This document shows, in pieces, positions 1 through 9,654 of a stretch of 64,000 bases of DNA. Location of the stretch: positions 64,001 to 128,000 of IMG/VR virus record IMGVR_UViG_3300032229_000533, one strand, 5' to 3'. The first letter of the stretch is position 1. Each line of letters opens with the position of its first letter. This stretch comes from a virus. A program made the position numbers and the translations under genes. The notes beneath the pieces were generated by a model. It was not told the DNA's origin. It saw nothing but the letters and a program-made list of their open reading frames with translations, and did no database searches.

Positions 1-236
1 TGTTTGGTCATGGCTTCTTTCTGAGCGGCTTTTGAGTTACCGTAAAAGTTAATACCACGTAGGTCACCTACCCAAGCAAATGGTGTAAATGTGTCCTTAC
101 GGATTTCTTTTCCTTTACCAGGAATCTCTTTAATTTTGTAAATGCAGTTTTCGCGATAATCGTATTCGATTGCGACTATAAATTCTTCAGGGTCATTCCC
201 GTGCAAGAACGATTCAATTTCTTCGTTTGATATCAT
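1..236 (-). CDS. 5' part of a gene running off the window; possibly family B DNA polymerase N-terminus
   Basis: Manual translation from ATG at 236: MISNEEIESFLHGNDPEEFIVAIEYDYRENCIYKIKEIPGKGKEIRKDTFTPFAWVGDL..., open to the window edge. Resembles N-termini of large-phage PolB proteins as I recall them; no catalytic motif is inside the window. Confidence 0.45.
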   Translation of the reverse strand, partial: MISNEEIESFLHGNDPEEFIVAIEYDYRENCIYKIKEIPGKGKEIRKDTFTPFAWVGDLRGINFYGNSKAAQKEAMTK

Positions 237-292
237 ATTTTAAACAGTTGGTTCATTAGCTTTCACACCATCGTGAAATTTACCTTCTAATG

Positions 293-323
293 CAAATATA
301 AAATAAAAAACTTAGTAATCAAA
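293..323 (-). promoter_or_regulatory. Bacteroidota housekeeping-sigma promoter (-33 TTTG / -7 TAnnTTTG)
   Basis: Minus strand reads TTTG (323-320), 19 nt spacer, TATATTTG (300-293), then CA. Exact match to the Bacteroidota consensus, upstream of the ATG at 236. Confidence 0.75.
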
Positions 324-701
324 TTAACAACACGCGGTTTCTGAAATAAAACTTTCTTGGATATTAATATATAGTTCTTCTCTAATTGGAAGAATTAAAT
401 TACCTTCGTCATTCCTAATTAAGAATTGACCTTGATATCTACCTGGTGTATTTGTATCCCTTGCGGTGAATTGAAAATATACGTAATATTCGGGAGCGGC
501 ACCAATAGGTAATATTAAAGGTACGATACCGCATGGTGCGGAAACTATTTTAGGAATTCCTGTCTCCACATCTATCATTGTGAAATAGATTGTAGAAACC
601 GCTAAATCTTCCATTAGTTGTAGAAATCCCGCTCTACCATCTTTAACAACCTGCATTTTTAATACAGGAAGAGTTGCGTTTTGTTTTATGTAAAATTCCA
701 T
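324..701 (-). CDS. hypothetical protein, BppU-N/Ig-like small structural protein
   Basis: 125 aa, beta-rich. The DTNTPGRYQGQFLI pattern resembles baseplate upper protein N-terminal domains; preceded by a TATTTATT motif. Confidence 0.45.
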   Translation of the reverse strand: MEFYIKQNATLPVLKMQVVKDGRAGFLQLMEDLAVSTIYFTMIDVETGIPKIVSAPCGIVPLILPIGAAPEYYVYFQFTARDTNTPGRYQGQFLIRNDEGNLILPIREELYINIQESFISETACC

Positions 702-717
702 AACAATAAATATATTG

Positions 718-2388
718 TTATGACTCTTTTCTTAAACTTCTTTCATAATGGTCAAACCTATCATGTTCAGTTGGGGTCATAAGTAATAACCCAGGATGTA
801 ATTCACCTTTTTTAACTAACTGATACATGTGACTCATCCATGTTTGTTCAAACGGGTGAGCCCAAGTTGTATCTAAAAACATTTTTTGATTACCTGTTCT
901 GCTTACAATCTGAGGCCAATTACAATAATAAACTTCACCTGTCACATATGGTACCCCTTGATATGTGTTAACAGAATCATAAACAGCTCTTGGAGCATTT
1001 GGGTCTAACCCTTGTTCAGGTAATCTATTTTTACCTGGCCAATATTTTTGTCTAACATTTTGTGGAACGTTGTACCAAGACCATTGGGTACCGTTATCAC
1101 CAAAGAATTCACTATAGTTAAGTTTTAAAAAATCAAAGTTTTCTTTTTTAACAATCTGTAGTGTTTTTGAATATAAGTTTGGAACATATCTATTAAACCC
1201 ATTACGACACACCTTACATTCATGTGGATAAAAGAACATGTCATCTTCAAAAAATAAGTAAAAATCTAAATCAGTTTCATTTTGAAAATGTTCGGCAATC
1301 CATTGACGACCACCACAAATACCTAAATTATCTTTTTTAATATGTTCAAAACCATACTCTTCACATAATTTCAAATATTCCTCAGTGGTTGACAAATCAC
1401 TTGAATTATCTAATAAGAATTTTTTTGTTTTAGAAATATAATCCTTATCGTATGCATTCATAGAATCAATTAAAGTTCTGAATTGATTAGGACTATTAAA
1501 TGTTATAACGTATAAACCAACTTTGTTCGTATCTAAAGTATTTTCTACTTTGATAGTACTTTCAGATTTAGGTTTTAATTCATTATTCTTTAAGTCTTCA
1601 AAAAATTTACCAAATAACCCATTAGATTCAATTTCAAAATAATTAATTAAATCCGAATGAGTGTAACACATTATACTAAAAATTGATTCTTCAGTTCCCA
1701 TATAATTTTCATCTAATGTAGTTTTTAGAAAATTATAATAGATACCATTAATATCGCTAATACTATGTTTTGGACCACCAAAAAATCCACCTCTGGCAAC
1801 TTTATTAACTTTTGCTCCTGCAATTGAATTCAACTTATTAAATTCAAATCCATGTATTTCGTTTTCTGCTTCATATGGAAAACAAACAAAAGAAAATTTT
1901 GAAATATATTTAGATAAGTTATTTAAAACTTTATCATGTGTAAAATATCCAGGATGAACCGTATTAGTTAGACCTGCGTCTATCCAAAACATCATTTCAG
2001 AATCAAATGGGTCCATGATTCTTGCATCGTTTAATAGAAACATTTTAGACATTACTAAAGGGTTATACATCTCTAATTTTGCCTGTGTTGATTCTGATAA
2101 CCACCCCGCCAAATTATACCAATCAGGGTTGGTTCTTATTTCTTGAATTTTATTGTAAAATTCATTTTTAAACCATTCTTGACTTCTATTAACAAATAAA
2201 GTATTTTCACGACTTCTTCTTTCAAAAACAAATGATTCTAATTCAGAATCACCAAAAATAATCATTGGATTATCAACTTTTAAAAGTTCTTCAAATTTAT
2301 TTAAATAGTGTTGAAATGAACGAGACCACCCTTGAGTAAGTCCGTCTCTTTTAATATTCCAAAGTCCTGTTACTAATGTTATTCCCAT
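718..2388 (-). CDS. two-domain glycosyltransferase (HtrL/YibB-like N-terminal + GT-A/GT2-like C-terminal)
   Basis: N-terminal ITLVTGLWNI...F.WIDAG typical of the HtrL/WlaTC family; C-terminal half has GICGGRQW and FFEDD (DxD-like) motifs. Confidence 0.7.
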   Translation of the reverse strand: MGITLVTGLWNIKRDGLTQGWSRSFQHYLNKFEELLKVDNPMIIFGDSELESFVFERRSRENTLFVNRSQEWFKNEFYNKIQEIRTNPDWYNLAGWLSESTQAKLEMYNPLVMSKMFLLNDARIMDPFDSEMMFWIDAGLTNTVHPGYFTHDKVLNNLSKYISKFSFVCFPYEAENEIHGFEFNKLNSIAGAKVNKVARGGFFGGPKHSISDINGIYYNFLKTTLDENYMGTEESIFSIMCYTHSDLINYFEIESNGLFGKFFEDLKNNELKPKSESTIKVENTLDTNKVGLYVITFNSPNQFRTLIDSMNAYDKDYISKTKKFLLDNSSDLSTTEEYLKLCEEYGFEHIKKDNLGICGGRQWIAEHFQNETDLDFYLFFEDDMFFYPHECKVCRNGFNRYVPNLYSKTLQIVKKENFDFLKLNYSEFFGDNGTQWSWYNVPQNVRQKYWPGKNRLPEQGLDPNAPRAVYDSVNTYQGVPYVTGEVYYCNWPQIVSRTGNQKMFLDTTWAHPFEQTWMSHMYQLVKKGELHPGLLLMTPTEHDRFDHYERSLRKES

Positions 2389-2407
2389 AAATTATTGTAT
2401 ATATGTT

Positions 2408-3355
2408 TTATAAAAAAATATTAAAATCGTCAAGAAAAGAAACGATTGTTTTAAATTGATTCTCAGGTAGACAATTATTAATAAACCATCTTTTTGATTC
2501 CTGAATCATATCATTATATTGGTTAGTCATACTAAACTCTAAAATCTCATTAACTTTTTCATCAATTATTGAATCAACGTTTTCTTTAGATAAAATTTTT
2601 TGTACCAAATCATCATTTATAAATTCAACATAATGAACATCCTTTATAATTGGTTCATAGGTTTTAGAATTAAGAGGTTGTCTCAAGTTTAAAACCCCGA
2701 GGCCAAATAATTCCAAGTCTCTATAACAAATGTTTGCAGCGCCATTTAAACTTAGCCCAAATCTGTGTTTAGAAACTTCATCATAATAGTCTTTCTTTTG
2801 TCTAAAATGTTCAGGGTTACCTTTTGTTCTAATATTAAAAAACGAATTATTTGATAATGAATTTAAAACATTTTCCCTAATACCGTGATTCAACCCGTTA
2901 AAATATGCTTTGTTGTCTTTAATTGATTGAGATTCAGTTGAAATTATGTATTCAATGTCTTTCCAATTTTCAACGTAATATACTGAAGGTTGTACAATAA
3001 TTTTATCTTTATACTCATCAATGATTGAATCGGTTAAATTAGAAACGCAAGAAAATTTAACAACATTAAAATTATTAGTTACAGAATATTTTAATATTTC
3101 AGGTGCATAGTCATACCAACTATGTACAAAAAATTTATCAGTAGTTTGATTGTAAATTACAAGGTTATACCAATTAAAAATATTACCTGTTTGATTGTTT
3201 AATGTTTTACCAAATCTGTGAGATAAATCACGTAAAGAAACATACTCAAATTGGATATTTGTTATTTCAGATAATTGTTTATGAAAATATTTGTAAAATT
3301 CACTAACATACCAATTATTATATCCTTGTTCGTACGATATGATTAATTTGTCCAT
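2408..3355 (-). CDS. putative GT-B glycosyltransferase
   Basis: C-terminal YYDEVSKHRFGLSLNG...CYRDLELFGLG pattern as in Glyco_trans_1_2/exostosin-like domains; lies in a glycan cluster. Confidence 0.55.
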   Translation of the reverse strand: MDKLIISYEQGYNNWYVSEFYKYFHKQLSEITNIQFEYVSLRDLSHRFGKTLNNQTGNIFNWYNLVIYNQTTDKFFVHSWYDYAPEILKYSVTNNFNVVKFSCVSNLTDSIIDEYKDKIIVQPSVYYVENWKDIEYIISTESQSIKDNKAYFNGLNHGIRENVLNSLSNNSFFNIRTKGNPEHFRQKKDYYDEVSKHRFGLSLNGAANICYRDLELFGLGVLNLRQPLNSKTYEPIIKDVHYVEFINDDLVQKILSKENVDSIIDEKVNEILEFSMTNQYNDMIQESKRWFINNCLPENQFKTIVSFLDDFNIFL

Positions 3356-4215
3356 TATTTTTCAGTTGCGTGTACCGTACCTGCTCTAGGTCCTGTTTTA
3401 TATCCATTAGGTGTAAAAACTTTACTCCATATAGGATGAGAATACGAAATATCTAAATCTTTAAATCCTGCGGTTAATGCTGATACTCCAATTTCAAAAC
3501 CTTCTGCCCAAGTACCAAAAGTATAATCTTTGTTATTTAAATAATCATAAAACCATTTCCATTGTTCTACCATTTTATTTAATTTACCGTTATTGTTATA
3601 AAAGATTATAAGATATTCTGAAGGAAATGATGCTTCACCCCACTTGTGGTTCTCACCTTCAACAACTTGATTGATATTTGTATCCACCAAATCATAGTTA
3701 AATAATTTATGCCATGCAAGTGTACACAAATCATAATCTAATGAGTCGGTGTGTGGATTTTTCTTACAAAATGTGTTGTATTTTGATATCAAATTTTTAA
3801 ACTTGAGTCCTGTTCTTGGTGCAAAATAATCATAACCATTTTCAAAATTTGTTTTAACAAAGTTTAAAACTTGTTCTTTATCCCACCAGTCAAAAGAATT
3901 ATCACAATCCGTAAAAATAATGATTGCGTCATCAATATTTTTTACATGGTCTAAACACAAATATCTCATGTTAAAATTAAAATCACGAGCACCTTTATTT
4001 GGTCCAATAGGTAACGAAACTTTTAAATCTTCACGTTTAATTTCGTTATATTTGATTCTATCTGAATTACCATATTTTTCTTCAATTAAATGTCTACAAT
4101 CAGTAGTTATGTACATTTCAATATCAGTTAAAGATAAAACATCTTCAATCATTCGTAGTGTGTAATCTTTAGTGTAATTTTCACCAAAGCTTAAAGTTGT
4201 TATTATTATTTTCAT
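3355..4215 (-). CDS. putative GT-A nucleotide-diphospho-sugar transferase
   Basis: IIIFTDCD DxD motif after a beta strand, FNFNMRY and EGFEIGVSA segments; cluster context. Confidence 0.5.
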   Translation of the reverse strand: MKIIITTLSFGENYTKDYTLRMIEDVLSLTDIEMYITTDCRHLIEEKYGNSDRIKYNEIKREDLKVSLPIGPNKGARDFNFNMRYLCLDHVKNIDDAIIIFTDCDNSFDWWDKEQVLNFVKTNFENGYDYFAPRTGLKFKNLISKYNTFCKKNPHTDSLDYDLCTLAWHKLFNYDLVDTNINQVVEGENHKWGEASFPSEYLIIFYNNNGKLNKMVEQWKWFYDYLNNKDYTFGTWAEGFEIGVSALTAGFKDLDISYSHPIWSKVFTPNGYKTGPRAGTVHATEK

Positions 4216-5099
4216 ATTACAATATTTGTTAGTTTAACTTTTTTTATGTTTATAGGATACCAATTAAATAAACTTGTATAACTCATATCTCCACAATAGT
4301 ATATGTTTTTACATTTACTTAATATTATTAATTCCCCAACAACATACAATGCTTCATCAATAGTTTGTCCAAACCTAACAAATCCAGTTGATATATAATT
4401 TGGGCTATGATTTTCTAAATCACGATACATTTTAATATCTAAATTAGTTTCTGAAAATACTTTTTTCACAAAACTAGAATTTGAACATATAAAATATTTT
4501 TTGTTTGGGTTTAAAGTTTCAACTAAACGGTTTTTAAAATTCAAAATTCGTTCAGAGTTGAGGGGAGGTAACGAGCGATAATATATAGATTCAAAATCTT
4601 CTTCAAAATTATCGGAAATAAATTTATTTACATTATTTACAATATCTTTATTAAAGACATCAAAATCTTTTGCTCTGTCGTCATTATCGTTAAATGTAAA
4701 ATCAATAAATGGTATGTTTAAATTTTTAACCTCATCATAGTTACTTGTTGGCACATACACATCAAAAATTCCGTTAGTGTCATTGAATACGTCATTATTC
4801 CTACCTGAATACAATCTCTTATATTCAATATCACCGTATGTTGAAAACCCATTTACGGATACAAATAAATTATCTTTATTTAAAATTTTAAATTCATCAA
4901 AAAACTCATTGAAAAAATCAATATTTAATACTTCCTCTAAAGTTTTAACATTGTACTTATCATTTATAAGTAAAATGAATTGAAAATTTGTGTATTGATT
5001 TTTTAAAAAATCAACACAATTAACAATATCAAACACACTTAAAAATGTGTCTCCCCATCCATTTTCAAAACTGAATTTAAATAAGATTTTATTATTCAT
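4212..5099 (-). CDS. putative fucosyltransferase-like GT-B enzyme (GT11/GT23/O-FucT-like)
   Basis: N-terminal GWGDTF loop, central YYRS, and C-terminal ELIILSKC...S.F, matching the FucT-type fold signature. Confidence 0.5.
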   Translation of the reverse strand: MNNKILFKFSFENGWGDTFLSVFDIVNCVDFLKNQYTNFQFILLINDKYNVKTLEEVLNIDFFNEFFDEFKILNKDNLFVSVNGFSTYGDIEYKRLYSGRNNDVFNDTNGIFDVYVPTSNYDEVKNLNIPFIDFTFNDNDDRAKDFDVFNKDIVNNVNKFISDNFEEDFESIYYRSLPPLNSERILNFKNRLVETLNPNKKYFICSNSSFVKKVFSETNLDIKMYRDLENHSPNYISTGFVRFGQTIDEALYVVGELIILSKCKNIYYCGDMSYTSLFNWYPINIKKVKLTNIVI

Positions 5100-5650
5100 T
5101 AATTATTTTTTTTCTTGAATGCACAGTAGTAATAATAGTGAGTACCCATATCAATTGGGATTTTTAATTCTTTACCGTTAAGATTAATCATTTCTAACAT
5201 TGGATAATGTTCTGCCATAATGGCGTCATCCAAGTCTGGTTGTAAGTGAATTTCATATTTATTACCAAAAACTTCATCTTGAGGCAAATAATATGGAACA
5301 ACAACGATTAGTTCTCTACATTTGTCTTTTAACTTATTTAAAAGGTTCTTAGCATCTTCTCTTGATAAGTGTTCAAGAATATCACCCATAATAATAATGT
5401 CATAATATTCAAACTCAAAATCTAATATGTTAACGTTGAATACGTTATCGTACATTTCGGTTAATTTATATTCCTCAATATAAGGTTCCCAAACTTCAAC
5501 CGCATCAAATTTTTTGAAGTAATCACCTAATAGTTTAATGTAGAATCCGTGACCACAACCAATGTCTAATATTGAACATGTTGGTTCAAAGTTTTCGGTT
5601 AAGTATTGTTTGACATCTGGGCCTAAATAACCCCAATTTCCTGGCATCAT
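5099..5650 (-). CDS. class I SAM-dependent methyltransferase
   Basis: ILDIGCGHG motif I; YDIIIMGDILEHL motif. Confidence 0.9.
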   Translation of the reverse strand: MMPGNWGYLGPDVKQYLTENFEPTCSILDIGCGHGFYIKLLGDYFKKFDAVEVWEPYIEEYKLTEMYDNVFNVNILDFEFEYYDIIIMGDILEHLSREDAKNLLNKLKDKCRELIVVVPYYLPQDEVFGNKYEIHLQPDLDDAIMAEHYPMLEMINLNGKELKIPIDMGTHYYYYCAFKKKNN

Positions 5651-5654
5651 AGTT

Positions 5655-6524
5655 TTAATTTATAAATTTTTTTAGTTTATGTTTTATATTTTCATCTGAA
5701 TTTAAAATGTTATTAAGTATATCTTTAGAATTAACATTAGCTTCTAAAAATTTACCATGTCTAACAATCTCAATATAATCAATTAATAGAAAATCTGTAG
5801 ATAATGGTTTTTCATCTACATGATATGTGATTGGCGGATAGTGGTAACAGAAATTATTGAACCCATAATCAAAAAAGTTTTCTTTGTTTTCGTAAAAAGA
5901 AAAATTAAAAAACTCACTTAATTGTCTATTTTCACCTTTCTTGTTTAAGATATTGGTATTATCTAGTTGATGTAAAGTAAGTGATGGGTTGTGGGTTAAT
6001 AATTCTATTAGAGAAGATTTTTTCCAAACACATGGTTGTACTGAATACATATGTCGTGCAGTCACATCAAATTTATAAAAACATCCATCAGGAAACCCAT
6101 ATTCCGATAATGTTATATTTGGTTTTTCCCAATTAACCACAAAATTTTCAATGTGTTTTTGTGTACCCAAGGCTAAATAATCACCATTAATTTTATCTAA
6201 AATATTAATAATGTTATCAAATCTATTTTTATTTATTGGTGATTTAATTAGATAATCATCACACAAGAATAATATATAATCTTCAGGTATCTGATTTAAT
6301 GCGAATAATAAACTATCTCTAAAATGTGAACCATCACCTGAAAAATTAACATTTGAATCAATATAATTTACCCCATCAAATTTTTCATGTTGAGGTATTT
6401 TATTTGAAACAACATTAATTGTCTTGTTTAAATCTTTTGTGTTTTCTATTGTATAAGGCAGTGTTAGATACAATAAGTCAAAATAGTTTTCATTGGTAAA
6501 AACTACAAATGATATGTCTTTCAT
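5655..6524 (-). CDS. putative GT-A glycosyltransferase
   Basis: YILFLCDDY (DxD-like), YSVQPCVWKK, IVRHGK pattern seen in glycan-locus proteins. Confidence 0.55.
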   Translation of the reverse strand: MKDISFVVFTNENYFDLLYLTLPYTIENTKDLNKTINVVSNKIPQHEKFDGVNYIDSNVNFSGDGSHFRDSLLFALNQIPEDYILFLCDDYLIKSPINKNRFDNIINILDKINGDYLALGTQKHIENFVVNWEKPNITLSEYGFPDGCFYKFDVTARHMYSVQPCVWKKSSLIELLTHNPSLTLHQLDNTNILNKKGENRQLSEFFNFSFYENKENFFDYGFNNFCYHYPPITYHVDEKPLSTDFLLIDYIEIVRHGKFLEANVNSKDILNNILNSDENIKHKLKKFIN

Positions 6525-6526
6525 AT

Positions 6527-7885
6527 TTATTTTTTATTTTCTAAATAAAAGTTTAAGTCTTCTGGAGTACCTAAACCCCACATATTATTAACTTCGTAAA
6601 CTCTTATTTTTTTATTGTCTTCTACCGCTTGATTGAAAACAGGACATACATAAAATTCATTATTGACTCTAATATTTTTTTGAATCATTTGTTCGGCGTA
6701 TTTTACAAAATCTGAACCATGTTTCCAATAATAAAAACCAACCGTTGCGTTATCTGAAATTGGATTTTTTTCTGCAACTTCACTAACGTATCCATTGTCA
6801 TCTACTTTTGCAAAAGACCATTTAGGGTGAGTCGCTTTAAAAGTTACGATACCACCATCCGCGTCAGTCTCATTCATTTTATACATGAATTCATTTGAAT
6901 CCCATTCAACAAACTGGTCTGAGTTTGCAAAAAACAAAGGCGAGTTATTGTTAATATATTCTTTAGCTAATAATGCAGTACAAGCTGCTCCTTCTGTAAT
7001 ACCATCAACCTCAACAATTTTACAATTTGGGGTTATTAAATTTAAGAGTGTATCTAAATTATATTTTTCACGATGTGATTTTTGGACCACATAAATGTAA
7101 TTTGCGTTTATGTTTAGATTGTCAACCACAACTTGAATCATTGGTTTATTATGAACATCAATAAGAGGTTTTGGAAATGTGTAACCTGCTTGTTGAAATC
7201 TTGAACCCGCACCCGCCATTGGGATTAGTACATTTAAATTATTATCTTCCCATTTTGGTGTCATAATATTGTGTCCTGATTTTATTTCTAATATTTTTTT
7301 TGTTATGTTAATGTAGGTAACCTCAATCGGAGATTTTACTCTAAATACATGTGACTTACTTCTTGACGCAGCTAATAAACCGTAAGGAGAATCCTCAACA
7401 ATTAATGTTTCTTCAGGTAAACACCCTACCATAGATATTGCCTTCCAATAAATTTCAGGATGTGGTTTTGAATTTTTTACATCTTCGTTTGAAAGTATTA
7501 AATCAAAAAACTCAATAATACCCAACTTACTCAAAACAGTTAAAACAGTTTTTCTAATACTATTAGAACATACCGCTAATTTATAACCTTCATTAACCAA
7601 CATAGTCATTGTTGTTACCAAATCAGGGTTATATTTTAAAGTTCTTAACGATTGTAATGTATAGGTTTGTTTATTGTCCCAAATCTCTTTAAATTTTTCT
7701 TTAGGTAAACCTTTTCGTTCATGTAACATATCTAATTTTTGATTGGTTTTTAAACCATCATAAATTGATAAATGTTCATCCCAAGTGATAGAATAATCAC
7801 CTAACGCTTTATTTAAAGATTCATAATGAATTTCTTTAGCGTCAACCAATACACCATCTAAATCAAATATTATTGTTTTAATCAT
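6527..7885 (-). CDS. HAD phosphatase fused to sugar-phosphate nucleotidyltransferase
   Basis: N-terminal FDLDGVL, KPHPEIY and VEDSPYG (HAD motifs); C-terminal IPMAGAGSRF...PKPLI, NSDQ and GLGTPEDL (NTP-transferase). Confidence 0.9.
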   Translation of the reverse strand: MIKTIIFDLDGVLVDAKEIHYESLNKALGDYSITWDEHLSIYDGLKTNQKLDMLHERKGLPKEKFKEIWDNKQTYTLQSLRTLKYNPDLVTTMTMLVNEGYKLAVCSNSIRKTVLTVLSKLGIIEFFDLILSNEDVKNSKPHPEIYWKAISMVGCLPEETLIVEDSPYGLLAASRSKSHVFRVKSPIEVTYINITKKILEIKSGHNIMTPKWEDNNLNVLIPMAGAGSRFQQAGYTFPKPLIDVHNKPMIQVVVDNLNINANYIYVVQKSHREKYNLDTLLNLITPNCKIVEVDGITEGAACTALLAKEYINNNSPLFFANSDQFVEWDSNEFMYKMNETDADGGIVTFKATHPKWSFAKVDDNGYVSEVAEKNPISDNATVGFYYWKHGSDFVKYAEQMIQKNIRVNNEFYVCPVFNQAVEDNKKIRVYEVNNMWGLGTPEDLNFYLENKK

Positions 7886-8312
7886 TATATCTTTTTATAA
7901 AGTCTGAGCATACACCCAAACATTTTGAAATGTCGTCATTATGTATTTCAGGCATAACCGCAATACTTCCAGTTATAGGTTGTTTACCAGGATATACCCA
8001 CATATAATTTTTAGATGTTAATGTTAGTGTATCTTGTTCATGCCAAAAATAATGTAATGAGGTACTTCTAATCCAATTTAAAGATTCAACATTCTTACAA
8101 TGAATCCATAATTTATCAACTCTTTCACCTAACCACTCATCACTAACTTCATATTGTGGTTCATCGTGTCCTAAATAAACTTTACCATCAACCCACCATA
8201 AGTCAACTTCAACATCGTATCCTTCAGCAATAGCTTCCATAATATAATATGGTGAGTTTTCTCTAACCTCATTAGGACCGTTTAAATTTCCTCTATGTGA
8301 AATTAATATCAT
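7878..8312 (-). CDS. PLC-like/GDPD-like phosphodiesterase domain protein
   Basis: ISHRGN, DVEVD, LGHDEP and WIHCKN motifs of the short GDPD-like family. Confidence 0.75.
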   Translation of the reverse strand: MILISHRGNLNGPNEVRENSPYYIMEAIAEGYDVEVDLWWVDGKVYLGHDEPQYEVSDEWLGERVDKLWIHCKNVESLNWIRSTSLHYFWHEQDTLTLTSKNYMWVYPGKQPITGSIAVMPEIHNDDISKCLGVCSDFIKRYND

Positions 8313-9577
8313 TAACTCACGGTATTATGTGTTAATTGACCTGTAATTCTATCACACCATCCTTTTGATTCTGAGTGAGGCCAAACCACCCAATGTGAAG
8401 GTAACTCATCAGTTTGAAATTCTCTCCATACCTTACAATATTTGTCAGGGTCTCTCATGAAACCTGCAATTTCATTTTTGTCTGCGTCTTTACGGAACAA
8501 TGTTTTATCGTCTTTACCATGGAATGCAACAACCCAAAAATCATAATCAGTTTCAGGAACTTGAGAATATCCGATATCAATACAATGTTTGAACATCATA
8601 CAAAAACTATCTCTCCATTCTTGTTCTGTTTCAAAATTATATGGGTTAGGAGGATAATTTTTATCTAAAGTATATTTGTCAATTGCTCTTTTTGAAAAGA
8701 GAATACCAGCATATTTTTCATAATCTGTTAAACTTCTAACAGGACCAAAACCATAAGGACCATCATGACCTTCTTGAGTTTCACCATCCATACCAAATAA
8801 TTTTCTATTTGTTAAGTGCGAATGACTATTTTTTTGTCCCCAAGTTTTATCATCATCCCATTGTTTTGTTCTACCTTTACGAGTGTACTCATGATAAACA
8901 ACAGGAATATGTGGATGGAATAAATCATAACCCCAAGTGTAAGCTCTTGCAGCGATTGAAATCTCTTCACCGTGGAAATAATATTCAGGATTGTGTTGAA
9001 CTTCGGTTGAGAATTGACCTAATGTGAAACAGAAGTGAGCAGAATAGAATCTTGCAGTTACAGGTTTTGTCATCTCTTTCCAACCTGGAATTGTTTCAGG
9101 TAAGAAGAACACAGCTCCTTCAGGAATGAATCGGTCAAACACCATTCTCCAAGCATCGGTTGCTCTTCCTGCTGGGTCGTTCTCGGGGTCAAAAGAAGGA
9201 ACGTAGCCCGTAAGTAGAGGCTTTTTATAACCGTCCTTCTGTAACCCCTTTATCATCTTGATAAGGATGTCATCCCAATCCTTAACAAATCTCATGTGAG
9301 AATCAATTTGTAATGTGTACGTTTCACCTTTATAAAGTTGTTGAACTTGGTGTCTTGCCCAACATACACCTTTGGCATCTTGATATGGAATATCTAAGAT
9401 TCTAAATCTTTTGTCATTTTTATATTCATCTAAGTTATCAAATCCGTCTTCAGGACTATATTGTCTAGCAATACCGATAACAAGGTTATTTGGTTTTTTG
9501 GCATTTGCCAACATGTCTTTAATAGTAGGAACCAACTGAGGGTCTCTGTAAGATGCTATTTGAACGAATATTTTCAT
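8312..9577 (-). CDS. GT60-family (GlcNAc transferase, Skp1/polypeptide alpha-GlcNAc-T-like) glycosyltransferase
   Basis: IFVQIASYRD, GVCWAR, YTLQIDSHMRF, FHGEEISIAARAYTWGYDLFHP and VYHEY match the conserved GT60 blocks. Confidence 0.85.
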   Translation of the reverse strand: MKIFVQIASYRDPQLVPTIKDMLANAKKPNNLVIGIARQYSPEDGFDNLDEYKNDKRFRILDIPYQDAKGVCWARHQVQQLYKGETYTLQIDSHMRFVKDWDDILIKMIKGLQKDGYKKPLLTGYVPSFDPENDPAGRATDAWRMVFDRFIPEGAVFFLPETIPGWKEMTKPVTARFYSAHFCFTLGQFSTEVQHNPEYYFHGEEISIAARAYTWGYDLFHPHIPVVYHEYTRKGRTKQWDDDKTWGQKNSHSHLTNRKLFGMDGETQEGHDGPYGFGPVRSLTDYEKYAGILFSKRAIDKYTLDKNYPPNPYNFETEQEWRDSFCMMFKHCIDIGYSQVPETDYDFWVVAFHGKDDKTLFRKDADKNEIAGFMRDPDKYCKVWREFQTDELPSHWVVWPHSESKGWCDRITGQLTHNTVS

Positions 9578-9603
9578 GTATAATATAATTTATACATAAA
9601 AAT

Positions 9604-9633
9604 AAAAAACCCTCCACAAAGGTGAAGGGTTTT
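9604..9633 (-). terminator. intrinsic terminator
   Basis: AAAACCCT-CCAC...GTG-AAGGGTTTT hairpin followed by a U-tract on the minus strand, downstream of 9655..11130. Confidence 0.7.
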
Positions 9634-9654
9634 CTAAAATATATTGTTTTGATT

